Part shown: positions 1 to 10,522 of the stretch, in pieces | Layout of the letters: each line of letters opens with the position of its first letter | Position numbering within the stretch: the stretch's first letter is position 1 | From: Gracilinanus agilis | Lineage: Eukaryota | Assembly: GCF_016433145.1 (NCBI RefSeq) | Contig: NC_058135.1 | Location: 246,265,378-246,329,377 of the forward strand | DNA: 64,000 bases | Direction: 5' to 3' | Made by a program: the position numbers and the translations under genes | Notes under the pieces: model-generated | What the model was told of the DNA's origin: nothing | Databases searched by the model: none | Seen by the model: the letters and a program-made list of their open reading frames with translations, nothing else

Positions 1-517
1 CCTCCCCACTCCCCTGCTCCCCTTGGTTTATCCCTCCTAACTTTCTCAGAAGGGTTAGATAAGAGTTTTATTTCCCAATGGATAGTATAGCTACTCTTCC
101 CTCTCCTGGTTGATTACACTAAGAGTAAGGTTTGATTATTACCTCTTAATGCTCTCTTCCTCTCCTTCTTATAATAGTATTTGTCCCCTCTCCCTCCCAT
201 GCCCTCTTTGTGTGTAATAGAATATCTATTTTCTTATTCACTCAAGTTTCTCTTGGTGTCCCCTGCTATTCACCCCCTCTTTCCCATCCCCCATGCCATC
301 TTAGATTATTTAGTGTTCCACCCTCACCCTGTTAATTATTCTTCTGATTACTATAATAGTGAATATTATAATAGTGAATAGAGTTCACTACAGAGAATTA
401 AACATAACATTTCTGTACTTAGGAATACAGATAATTAGATCTCACTGAGGCCCTTAAAAATGCAAATTTAAAAATTATAAGTTTTCTTTCTTTCCCCTCT
501 GTATCTTATTTACCTTT

Positions 518-1541
518 TCAGGTTTCTCTCGATTTTTGTGGTTGGATATCAAACTTTCCATTTAGCCCTGGTCTTTTCTGTGCAAATACCTGGAATTCTT
601 CAATTTTGTTGAATGCCCATACGTTTCCCTGGAAATATATAGTCAATTTTGATGGGTAGTTGATCCGTGGTTGCAGGCCCAGCTCTCTTGCCTTTCTGAA
701 TATTGTATTCCAAACCTTACGGTCTTTTAGCGTGGAGGCTGCCAGATCCTGTGTGATCCTGATTGGTGTTCCTTGATATTTGAATTGTCTCTTTCTGGCT
801 TCTTGTAAGATTTTTTCTTTTGCTTGAAAGCTTTTGAATTTGGCAATAATATTTCTAACTGTTTTCTTCTCTGGATCGAATGTAGTGGGTGTTCTATGAA
901 TCCTTTCTATGTCTATATTGCCCTCTTGTTGTAGGACTTCAGGGCAATTTTGCTGAATAATTTCTTTTAGTACGGAGTCCAGGTTTCTATTAATTTCTGG
1001 TTTTTCTGGAAGACCAATTATTCTCAAGTTGTCTCTTCTAGACCAATTTTCTTGGTCTGTCACTCTCTCATTGAGATATTTCATATTTCCTTCTATTTTT
1101 TTCAGTCTTTTGACTTTGTTTTATTTGTTCTTGTTGTCTTGAGAGATCATTAGCTTCTAATTGCTCGATTCTAGACTTTAGGGACTGGTTTTCGGCTATA
1201 ATCTTTTGGTTTTCCTTTTCAATCTGGTCATTTCTGGTGTTCAATTTGCTTATCAGTTCATTTGATTTCTGAGCCTCACTTTCCAATTGCAAGATTCTAC
1301 CTTTTAAACTGTTATTTTCTTGCCAGATCTCTTCCATTTTCCTCAAAATCTCAGTTTTAAACTCTTCCATAGCTTGTGAGGAGTTTTCCTTATTTGAGGA
1401 GGGTCCGGATGCTTGTTTGTTCTCCTCCTCTGTTTGCTCAGTTGTCTGGATTTTCTCTATGTAAAAGCTGTCGAGTGTTAAAGACTTCTTTTTCTTGTTG
1501 TTATTCTTTCTCTTCTGAACTTCCTGAGACTGAGTAGCCAT
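518..1541 (-). pseudogene. L1 ORF1p, split by one +1 frameshift into ORFs 1068-1541 and 518-1084
   Basis: Both ORFs are uninterrupted. The join reads ACT GAA AAA AAT AGA, and removing one A from the A7 run (1096-1102) restores KTEKIEGNMKYLNERV and a single ORF of about 340 aa. Confidence 0.93.
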
Positions 1542-2206
1542 TGTTAGCCCAGCAGCTTCTCAGATTTATCCTCACGCTCAGTTTCTGTCCGCGATCTATT
1601 GGCTCCTGAGGTCTGAGTTCTGGTTTTTTCCAAGGTCAAGCCCCCTGGTGGGCCCCCTTGCTTGATCCTCTGCTGGAGGTTTCTTTACAAGTCTCAGGGG
1701 ACTGCTTCCACAGTCGTATACCCGTCCACACTGGTTCCCCACTTAGGCTTTATTTCCTGGCTGTGTCTGCCTCCACCCACGCCTCCGTTGTGCCTGAGCT
1801 CTCAGCCTGCCCTCTGCGCCCTGCTCCCGTGCTCAGATTTCACCTGCGTTTTTTGGCTTAATGGGGTCCTAAGTCTTGCTGCTCTCAGGAACAGGTCCCG
1901 GAGCTGCCAATGACTTGATGGGTGCCCCAAACTTGCTCTGCTTCTTTTTAGCTGGCTTCGGAGCTATAGATGTGTGTGGAGGGGGTTGGGGTGGGGCGGT
2001 TGCTCAGCCAGCGATTTCATGAGGGCTGTTTCACCCCTTTATAGCATGGAAATGCCTCGATTCCACGTACCTTCCACGCTGTGCCCTGTTGTGGGGGTTC
2101 CTCCATTCGTCTGGACTTGTTTTTATGTCCCCTTGAGGAGTTTTGTGTGTTTCGGTCAGGAGAGGTTAAGAGCTGCTTCTTACTCTGCCACCATCTTAAC
2201 CCGGAA
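1542..2206 (-). promoter_or_regulatory. L1 5'UTR internal promoter
   Basis: Lies between the L1 5' tip and the ORF1 ATG; GC/CpG-rich relative to flanks. L1 5'UTRs are established internal Pol II promoters. Confidence 0.8.
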
Positions 2207-3289
2207 ACCTGTTCTGAATCATTTTTAAGTGAGGAAGCACTTTGTCAGTCTGTTCAAGTTTATGGACCCTTTCTCAGAAAAAAAAGTATTTAAAAGGAGT
2301 AAATAGAATAATAATAGAAACATTATTTTAAAATACTATTATTAATTTTAAAAAACTCTTTTGCTAACTCCAAGTGGTTTACCTTGAGTTGTCACTTGCT
2401 ACTAAGTTAAATCACAAAGCTACTAAGTCTCACAAATGAGATTTAAACCCATCTTTTCCTGACTCATACATAGGCCAGCATTTTTTACTCCATGATAGCT
2501 GTACTAATTCATACATTTTGCAAAACAGCGATTCATTTTTTATACATTTTTCATCCCCCTAATTCAATTATATAGTCATTCAAGACAGAGGCTATAGAAT
2601 ACACTTTTTCACCCAAAAGGGAGTCTGTATTTGGACAGAACAAGACACATAAAAGTACCTCAAGAAATAACTGTTAAGGTAAGTAAAATGATACTTACTC
2701 CTTAAGAGATATCCTAATAGCCTTAGAGTTCAAGGAAAGCTGCTCCTCTTCATTTCCCTCATTGCATCAAATACTAATGTTTCAACAGGAATCACAGTAC
2801 TGTCTAGTGCTGCCTTGGAAACCACTCTTACCACCTGATTTCCCTTCTTAAATTTCAGTCCCTTGTGAGAAGACTGAACAGTCAGCTATAATCTATTGCT
2901 ATGTTATTGCTGCCAAGTTTTGAGGATCTGAAAGGAGTCTTACTCATATCATTCAACAAGAATTGCATGTGAAATGCCAGATGTATTTCAGAAAGACAAG
3001 AGATAAGTGAAATGATTCACTCATCTCAAATTCTCTCATTTTGTTTCCAACATTTCCAACCCTATGATCATTATCTTAATCTCTTTGTGCAGAGTTCAGG
3101 GCTAGGTATTAATGGTACAAAGGAAAATAAGTTTAGCCCTCCAGAAGCTTAGATCCAATTAGAGGAAGGAGAGAGGAAATAACTCATAAATAAATAAGTA
3201 TAAGCAATCCATAGCCATGAACCTTAAGCTCAGTGTTTGTATAGTTTGTGAGGAGGTTGCCTCCTGTCTATTCTTTTCAGTTAGGGCCA

Positions 3290-3520
3290 TCACACAGAAG
3301 AGAGTTTCCAAACCTGGCTTCCATGGGGTTCCAAAATAGATTTCAGAATATCTGTGAAATTGGATGGGGGAAAAATTACATCTTCATTTGCACTAACTCT
3401 TTTGTTTCCTCTGTAATTCTATGTATTTATGAATACTATTCTGCCAAGAGTTTGATAGGCTTCAGCAGAAATAAAAAGAGGTCAATATAACAAAAGGGAT
3501 TAAGATCCCCTGTGCTAGAA
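3290..3520. mobile_element. Charlie4-like hAT DNA transposon remnant
   Basis: Motifs TTGGATGGGGGAAAAATTACATCTTCATTTGCACTAAC and terminal AAGGGATTAAGATCCCCTG resemble the Charlie4 ends; related pieces at about 2240-2290 and 35290-35395. Confidence 0.55.
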
Positions 3521-4059
3521 AATGCCAAGAGTCTCAGAAACATAATTCATATCTAATTATCTACAGGTAAGGATAAAAGGGGTCTTGGTTCCCATGAAAT
3601 CATCAAGTTCAAAATACATACTTCTGTTACAGGTCAGATTTTGTCTGCTTCGTTAATTCCTTTTTTTTCCTTTTGTTGAGCAAAGTGTCTAATTTTAGAA
3701 ATATATTAATTGACAGATGACTTTATAAGTACTTTCAAGAATCTACCTTGGGTATGACAGTCTCAGCTTTCCACTCTCTGTTCCTATCTATACATATTCC
3801 TCATTAGTCTTTTTTCTCCTTCATCCTTTTCCTTTCCTTGAGTATGGAGATATTACCCTAGTGATCTGTTTGAATAAGGGAGATTTTGGAATACTGATGG
3901 TGTCAATCTGGAAGTTCCCCTGAGAGCAGAAAGAATGAAGGCTGTGAATTTAGAAAGACTTAGATTTCAATCCTGGCTCTTATTTTTTTAAGATTTTTTA
4001 TTCATTTTTAAAAAACCTAATATCTTTATATATCCTTCTATATTAATTTTTTATTTGTT

Positions 4060-4192
4060 ACAGGGCTAGGCAATGGGGGTCAAGTGACTTGCCCAGGGTC
4101 ACACAGCTAGGAAGTGTCTGAGGCCAGATTTGAACCTAGGACCTCCCATCTCTAGGCCTGGCTCTCAATCCACTGAGCCATCCAGCTGTCCC
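4060..4192 (-). mobile_element. SINE1_Mdo-type SINE inserted in a MIR (MIR pieces about 3945-3985 and 4195-4335)
   Basis: Reverse complement reads GGGGGACAGCTGGATGGCTCAGTGGATTGAGAGCCAGGCCTAGAGATGGGAGGTCCTAGGTTCAAATCTGGCC (tRNA-derived A/B boxes plus CORE). Confidence 0.88.
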
Positions 4193-4719
4193 CCCAGCTC
4201 TTATTTTAATAGCTATGGGACATCTGATATGTCATTTGACCTCTCTGAGCCTCTGTTTCTTTATCTGTAAGGGAAAGTTGGGCTACTGGCATTATAAATC
4301 TCACTGAGTAGTTGTGTTGAAGGGTATTTTGTAAATTTTCAAATTCTAAAGAAGTAATATTATACTTATATTCTTAATGCTATTAGTCTTATTTTTGTTC
4401 AAAGACATGATGTTGAATCCCAACTTCCTTCTCATTATCTCTGGGCAAGTTAATTTATGGCCTTACTTTTTTGTAACTACAAAATAAAAGGGATTGGATG
4501 AGAAGATCCTCCCCAAATCTTTTCCTATTTTTTTTTCATTTTTTCATTATTTTTCATTTTCATTATTTTTCATAATGACCCTATGTAAAATTATATCTTC
4601 CTGAATGTCAATGTGTCCAGGTAACTTTTTTATTTCATGTTGGTATTTCTAGAATATGAGGAAGGAGAAGGGAAAAGAATGAAAGACACCTCCATCCCCA
4701 AGAAAGATAGAGAATACTG

Positions 4720-5240
4720 AATGCCTGAATCAGATCCCAAAAAGCATAATGGCTATGATAATAGATTAAATTGAATAAAATTATGAGATGAAATTTATTC
4801 GGGATACATGTTAAATCTTACACAAGACCAAAAATGATGCTGGCAAGGTAAGGGAGGGTGATTTATAGAATGGTTCTCTGAAAACAAAACAAAACAAGGG
4901 GAGGCGTTAGCAAATTTTAAGTTTAATGTGATGTGGCAGTTTAAAATGTTACCATGTTCATGGGTTTCTTTAAAAGGAATAGAGTTGAAATTTGCTCTGT
5001 ACTTTGTCTTGATCAGACCATATTTGGATTATTGAATTAATTTCTAGGCATCATATTCTAAGAATGACATAGAAAAGTGTGAGAGAATCCAGAATAGAAT
5101 GACCAGAATGGGGAAGAGTCTTGAAATCATTCTTTAAAAAAAATCAGCTAAAAGAATTGGAGATGTTTATCTTGAAGAAAAATGACTTGAGGAGGGAATG
5201 AAAATGATATTTCTCTTCCAGAATTTGAAGGATGGTTAGG
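4720..5240 (+). mobile_element. L3/CR1 3' fragment
   Basis: TCAGACCATATTTGGATTATTG...GAGAGAATCCAGAATAGAATGACCAGAATG matches the conserved L3 3' ORF2 block. Confidence 0.65.
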
Positions 5241-5999
5241 CAGAAGCATACGATTGTTCTTGAACTGTTGCTTCATTCTTATTGGGCCAGCCCATGGTTT
5301 TATGAAGTGACTGATATATTTGTATTGGCTAATGCAGCATCCTATATACTAAATACAGCTCATATCATCTTTCACCCTTGATTTATGTCAGTCAAGATTC
5401 ATTGAGTCAGGATGGCAAAAGCTAGGGTAATTTCCTTGGCATGAGATAGTACTAGAACCCAGAAGAGTGACATTGAAGCAGAAATAGCCAATGATCTTAC
5501 CTATAGATTTCATTCAGTAAGTCCCCCAATTCGATCAATCAGCATTGAATGTGGTTAGATACTCCCTGGTTCAACTGTAGTTCTTGAGAATGTATCAGTA
5601 AAATGATTAGCATTAAGCTCAATGAATAGCCAGGTCAAACATTTTGACTGAGAACTCTCTATTGAATCATTTATTCAGTTAGATAGTCTAAAGCTGAGAC
5701 CACTTCACCCAAAAGAAAGTGAACATTTGAGTAACCATTTAGTGATTGCATTTAGCAATCAATGTTTAATGACAAATGAATAATGTAATGAAAAATGGTC
5801 TTTATTTTTTTTAATTTAATAGTTATCATATATGAATTTAAAATTCATTTGGTAATAAAAGTAACTGATTTTTATAAGACAATTTTGATAATTTATTTTG
5901 TTTGGAAGGGATCCTTGATGCTCAATAGTAATATTATTGAAATAATAGCTGAGATGTGTATATTGCTTCATAATTACAAAGCAGATTGTTATCATTCCT

Positions 6000-6360
6000 G
6001 ACTTTTAACAATAGTCCTATGAGGTAGATATTATAATTATCATTTACTTCTCTGACTATTTTACAGATAAGGAAAATGAGACTCAGAAATTTCTGTCATT
6101 TGGCCAAGAGTAGAACCTTATTAAATGGGTAGGTAGGGTATTAAACTAAGGTCTTCTTTCCCTATGTCCTATTATTTTTACTACATTACAGGTATGAGCG
6201 ATATACAATGACCAGCAGTTTAATTCAAGAAGTATTTATTAAGAACTTTGTGCCAGACTCGATAATTAAATCCAAGGGATACAATTACAAGCAAAAAAGA
6301 AAGATGGTCCCTTTCCTCAAGTAGCTTACATTTTAAAGGGGAAAAACATACAAAATGGAA
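6000..6360 (-). mobile_element. MIR fragment followed by L2 3' end fragment
   Basis: ACAGATAAGGAAAATGAGACTCAGA (MIR core, minus strand) and TTCAAGAAGTATTTATTAAG...GTGCCAG (L2 terminus, minus strand). Confidence 0.6.
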
Positions 6361-7499
6361 GTGAAGGGGGATTGAAAAAATATATGGGGAAATGTAAATG
6401 CAAGATATATCAAAATTATGTGAAGAAATTTCAAGAAGGAGAGAGAGCTAACTTCTGGAGAAACGGGAAAAGAAAGGAAGGAAAAAACAAGCTTTCATGC
6501 TATGTGCTGGGCACTGTGCTTTTACAAATATTTTCTCTTTTGATTCTCCCATTAAGTCTTGGAGGTAGGTACTATTCTTTTCCCCATTTTTTTTACAATT
6601 GAGAAAACTGAGGCAGATAAGGATTAAGTGACTTATCCAGGGTGAAATAGCTAGTTTCTGAGGCCAAACCATATTTTAAATCTTCCTTACTACAGACCTA
6701 GTGCTTTTTCTACTAGGCCACCTAGCTGCCTTGTGTAGGAGGTGGAAAAGATCTCACATAGAGCAACAGAAGCTATTGAACTTTGAAAATATCATGCCTG
6801 TTAAATAACAACAAATACAAAGAATATCTTATAAAAATAACCCCCAAAGAGTAATATATATGAAGACAGCATCTCTATATTTTAATATATCATAAATTCA
6901 TAATATTATTATATTATTGATATATTATTTATTAATATATATTATATACACATATGTGAATGTATATATATGTATATATATATATAATTTACCTTGATAT
7001 TCCAATATCACTGCCTTATTTCCACACCCTTCTAAATTTCCTTTTGCTGTTCTCTTGTGAATTTTGAAAAAAAAATGCTTCATTGGTAATCTTTTTTTTT
7101 TTATCACTATCACTAATCTTCACTCCCCAAAAGTAAATGACCTCCTTTTAAGAATAAGCATTATTACTTAATAAGCCAAACAAATCAACCCATTGGTCTT
7201 GATTAGAAATATATGCCTCCAATATGTCACCCCTCTTGTAGATAAGTTTCATGCTTCAGCTGCCTTATGGATTCATGACTAGTCACTGAATTGATTATAT
7301 AAAATCTGTTTACCTTTGCATTGTTATGGTGATTATATGCATTTTTACATGGATGCTACTCCCTTTACTCTGAATTAGTTCACAGGAGTCCTCCCAGTTT
7401 TCATTTATAGCATCACAGATTTTGAGAGTGTGAAGGGTACTTAGTGTAATGGGTACTTAGTGAGACATAAAAGAAATAATTACTCTTAACAAGCTCAAA

Positions 7500-8640
7500 A
7501 TTTAGGAACCTTTCACCTCTCTAAACAGTCTATTCCACCTCTAGTTAGCTCTAACCATTGGGAAATATTTATGTTTACATTAAACCTGAATTTGACTCTC
7601 TTCCAGTTTACATGTCTTAATACTTGTTCTGTCTGGGTCTAAGTAAAACATATCTAGTCCCACCTAGGCATAAAAACTCTTCAAATACTTTAAGACAAAT
7701 GTAATTTCTCTTTTTTAATAAAGATATATTTTTAATTTTTTTATTGAAAAATTTTATTTAATTAATTTAGAATATTTTTCCATGGTTAATGATTCATGTT
7801 CTTTCCATCCCCTCCAACCCAACCCCATAGCCGACACACAATTCCAGTGGGTTTTACATGTATAAATGTGATATCTTTTCTTTCTTAAACTCTTTGCTTC
7901 CCCCTACAAGTCTTCTCTTCTACTTACTGTTATGAATTTAAGGCGTTTCACCATTCTGGATGCTCTCTTCTGGACACTCCAATTTATTAATTTTCTTCTT
8001 AAACAATAACATCCAGAACTTAACACAATATTCAATTTAATGTCTGAAAAGAACAGAGTAGAGTGAGATTATAAATTCAGGATTCCTGAAAGCTTTGCCC
8101 CTATTGATGCCACCCAAGTTCCCATGAGTTTTTGTGATTACTACAGCACATAGTTGATTCATACTTAGTTTGCAGTCTACTAATGCCCCCAGATTTTTTT
8201 AAACAATTATCATCTAATCCATATCTCCTAATTTTATATTTGTGATATTGATATTTTTAATCTAAATATTATACAAGATTTATATTTATTGATTAGTTTC
8301 AGCTTAATGCTCTAAGCTACAAAGATTCTTTTTGTTCCTATCAATTGCCCTGTTATCTTGCCCTCCTAAATTTGTGTCACCTGCAAAGTTGATGAGACTT
8401 AACCTAAATCAATTATTAAAATGTGAAACATTAAAGGGCCAATCACAAATCTCTGGAGCACTCCACTGGAGACTTCCCGCCACATTGACATCAAATCACT
8501 AATAACTCTGAATCTTCAAGTTCATGCACACAAGCAGTTCTGAGTCCATCTGTCTCTATTTTCACCAAATATATATTTCTACTTTATCAGGTTTACTAAA
8601 ACCCAGATAAATTAAACCCACAGTTTCTCCTTCATATTCT
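7500..8640 (-). mobile_element. L3/CR1 fragment (interrupted by an old L1 3' piece at about 7700-7890)
   Basis: CCATTCTGGATGCTCTCTTCTGGACACTCCAATTT...CCAGAACTTAACACAATATTC is the reverse of the L3 conserved block; also CACCTGCAAAGTTGATGAG (reverse of the FADD region). Confidence 0.65.
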
Positions 8641-8644
8641 AGTT

Positions 8645-8838
8645 CAATGGTTCCCAAACTTTTTTGGGCTACCTCCCTCTTTCCAGAAAAAAATATTACT
8701 TAGCCCCCTGGAAATTATTTTTTTTTTAATTTTAATAGCAATTAATAGGAAAGATAAATGCACCTGTGGCCATTACTGCCTCCCTGGATCACTGCAGCAT
8801 CCACCAGGGGGCGGTAGCGCCCACTTTGGGAATCACTG
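8645..8838. mobile_element. hAT (Charlie-like) MITE, about 194 bp
   Basis: Terminal inverted repeats CAATGGTTCCCAAACT ... ACTTTGGGAATCACTG. Flanking 8-mers TTCTAGTT / CTTTAGAC share only the TAG core, so the TSD is not convincing. Confidence 0.85.
8801..8816 (+). promoter_or_regulatory. Candidate CTCF binding motif inside the MITE
   Basis: CCACCAGGGGGCGGTA versus CTCF core consensus CCACCAGGGGGCGCTA (1 mismatch in 16). Confidence 0.55.
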
Positions 8839-9928
8839 CTTTAGACTATAGTTTTCTTTAATTAAACCTGTGTTTATAAACCCTCTTGTCCATATCATTC
8901 ACTTGCTAGTTTCTCAGACTCCCTGGCTAGGGGGACCTGTGTTGGCAGTTAGGTCTTCTAACTTCTAAAACTTCTTCTAACTGTTTCCCCAAAAGCTTTA
9001 GGATTACAAGAGAGAGAGAAGGAAAGAATCTATTCCAAACATGGAGATAGTCTGTTTAAAGTCAGAGGTAGAGGACAAAATGTGATATATATGGAAAGAC
9101 TATCAGACCAGTTTGAATGCAATGAGAATGCATGAATGGGCATAATATAAAATAAGATTGAAAAGATAAGTGAGACTCAGATTGCAAAGGTTATTCTCCT
9201 TTGCAGAGAAAACTGAAAACAAAATAAAATGAACAGTTCTACCTTCTCTCTCTTGGCAGTTATTTTCATCTTATTGACCCCAAACAAAGGTTATATCCTT
9301 TATCTCAGCCTCATTTCGCTACCACTGTAGTAAAAAAAAAAAAGTGTTTATTCTTGTTCTTTTCTCTCCTCACCAACCTCAGCTTTTCTGAAACATTAGC
9401 ATATCTGACACTTTTTATCTAACCACATTCCATTTTGATATTCAATTCTACTACTGTCTTCTTTTTCTATATACTCGTTTTTCAAATCCAAATTGATTGG
9501 TGAGTTTCCTGTGCATCCACAATGTTCTCTTTAGACAAATATCATTTACTTCCTCTTTATTGAAACTGTTTTCATTTGTGTCTTCAGAATTCCAATTTTG
9601 AGACTTTCTTCTTTTTCATGGTCTGGCTTCCTCTGAAATATTTTACTCTAAGATATCCTACTTATATTTCCCCCTGAGATCTGATTTCCAACAAGGCAGG
9701 GTATATTTCAGACTATTTCTTTCCTTTAACTTCATCTCTGGGATGGAGTGGTCACCTCTCCTTCTACTACCCTCCATGTTTCAAAACATTACCACCCCAG
9801 TAATAAGTTTTTTGCTTTGAGAATAATAATATTCAGATTATAATTTCCTCTTATGTATTCTCCTCCCCTTTGAAGGATACAGTTTCTAAGGCAAGTCAGT
9901 AAATCATTAACTGCTTTGCTTTTTGGAT

Positions 9929-10064
9929 GGGGAGGGAGAGGAGAGGAAAGGAGAGAAGAGAAAATGAGAGAAGAGGAGAAGAAAGGAGAGAAGAGGAGAG
10001 GAAGAGAAGAGGAGAGGACAGGAGAGGAGAGGAAAGGAGAGAAGAGGAGAGGAGAGAGAAAATG
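9929..10064. repeat. Polypurine (GGAGA/GAGAA)n tract
   Basis: About 135 bp of almost pure A/G in degenerate 5-mers. Confidence 0.95.
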
Positions 10065-10149
10065 GACAGAAACAGAGATCCAAAAGATGTTTAGATAATT
10101 TCAATTTCCCATCACTATTATACTCTGTGACAGATGTGAGCTAGTTACC

Positions 10150-10480
10150 AGATCTCTCAATTTTTTTTCTTTCTTCCCATTGGGACTAAAATATATAGCA
10201 ATACCAAAATTATACCTCTTTCTTATACCTTTGAATTTCATCCAAATGATCTGTGTTATGCTTTCCCTCCTGTGGTTCCTACATTTCCTCATATTAATAT
10301 ACTTTATTACCAAGCAATTCTTCCCCATATACTGTCTCTTTCTTTCCCTTTTACTTTTTTTAATCTATCCTTTTCATCGCCTTTTATGATACAATACTTT
10401 GCCATTATATTCATATACCATAATTTGTTCACCCATTCTCAGATGGACAACTACTTGGTTTCCAGTTTGTACTCTATCAA
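10150..10480 (-). mobile_element. Old L1 ORF2 C-terminal/3'UTR fragment
   Basis: CCATAATTTGTTCACCCATTCTCAGATGGACAACTACTTGGTTTCCAG is the reverse of the L1 ORF2 C-terminal CP..GEWLNKLW block. Confidence 0.6.
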
Positions 10481-10483
10481 AAG

Positions 10484-10485
<2 letters not shown>

Positions 10486-10517
<32 letters not shown>
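10486..10517. repeat. (AT)n microsatellite
   Basis: Direct read. Confidence 0.97.

Positions 10518-10522
<5 letters not shown>

Larger units (their letters stand above)
1..2206 (-). mobile_element. Young marsupial LINE-1, 5' portion (5'UTR, ORF1, inter-ORF spacer); ORF2 lies left of the window
   Basis: Minus strand begins TTCCGGGTTAAGATGGTGGCAGAG (L1 5' tip, homologous to 42157 onward); CpG-retaining 5'UTR; ORF1 protein with coiled coil and L1 RRM/CTD motifs (RRDNLRIIGLPE, IERIHRTP, RNIIAKF, IRITQDLA, PRINYPSKL). Confidence 0.97.
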
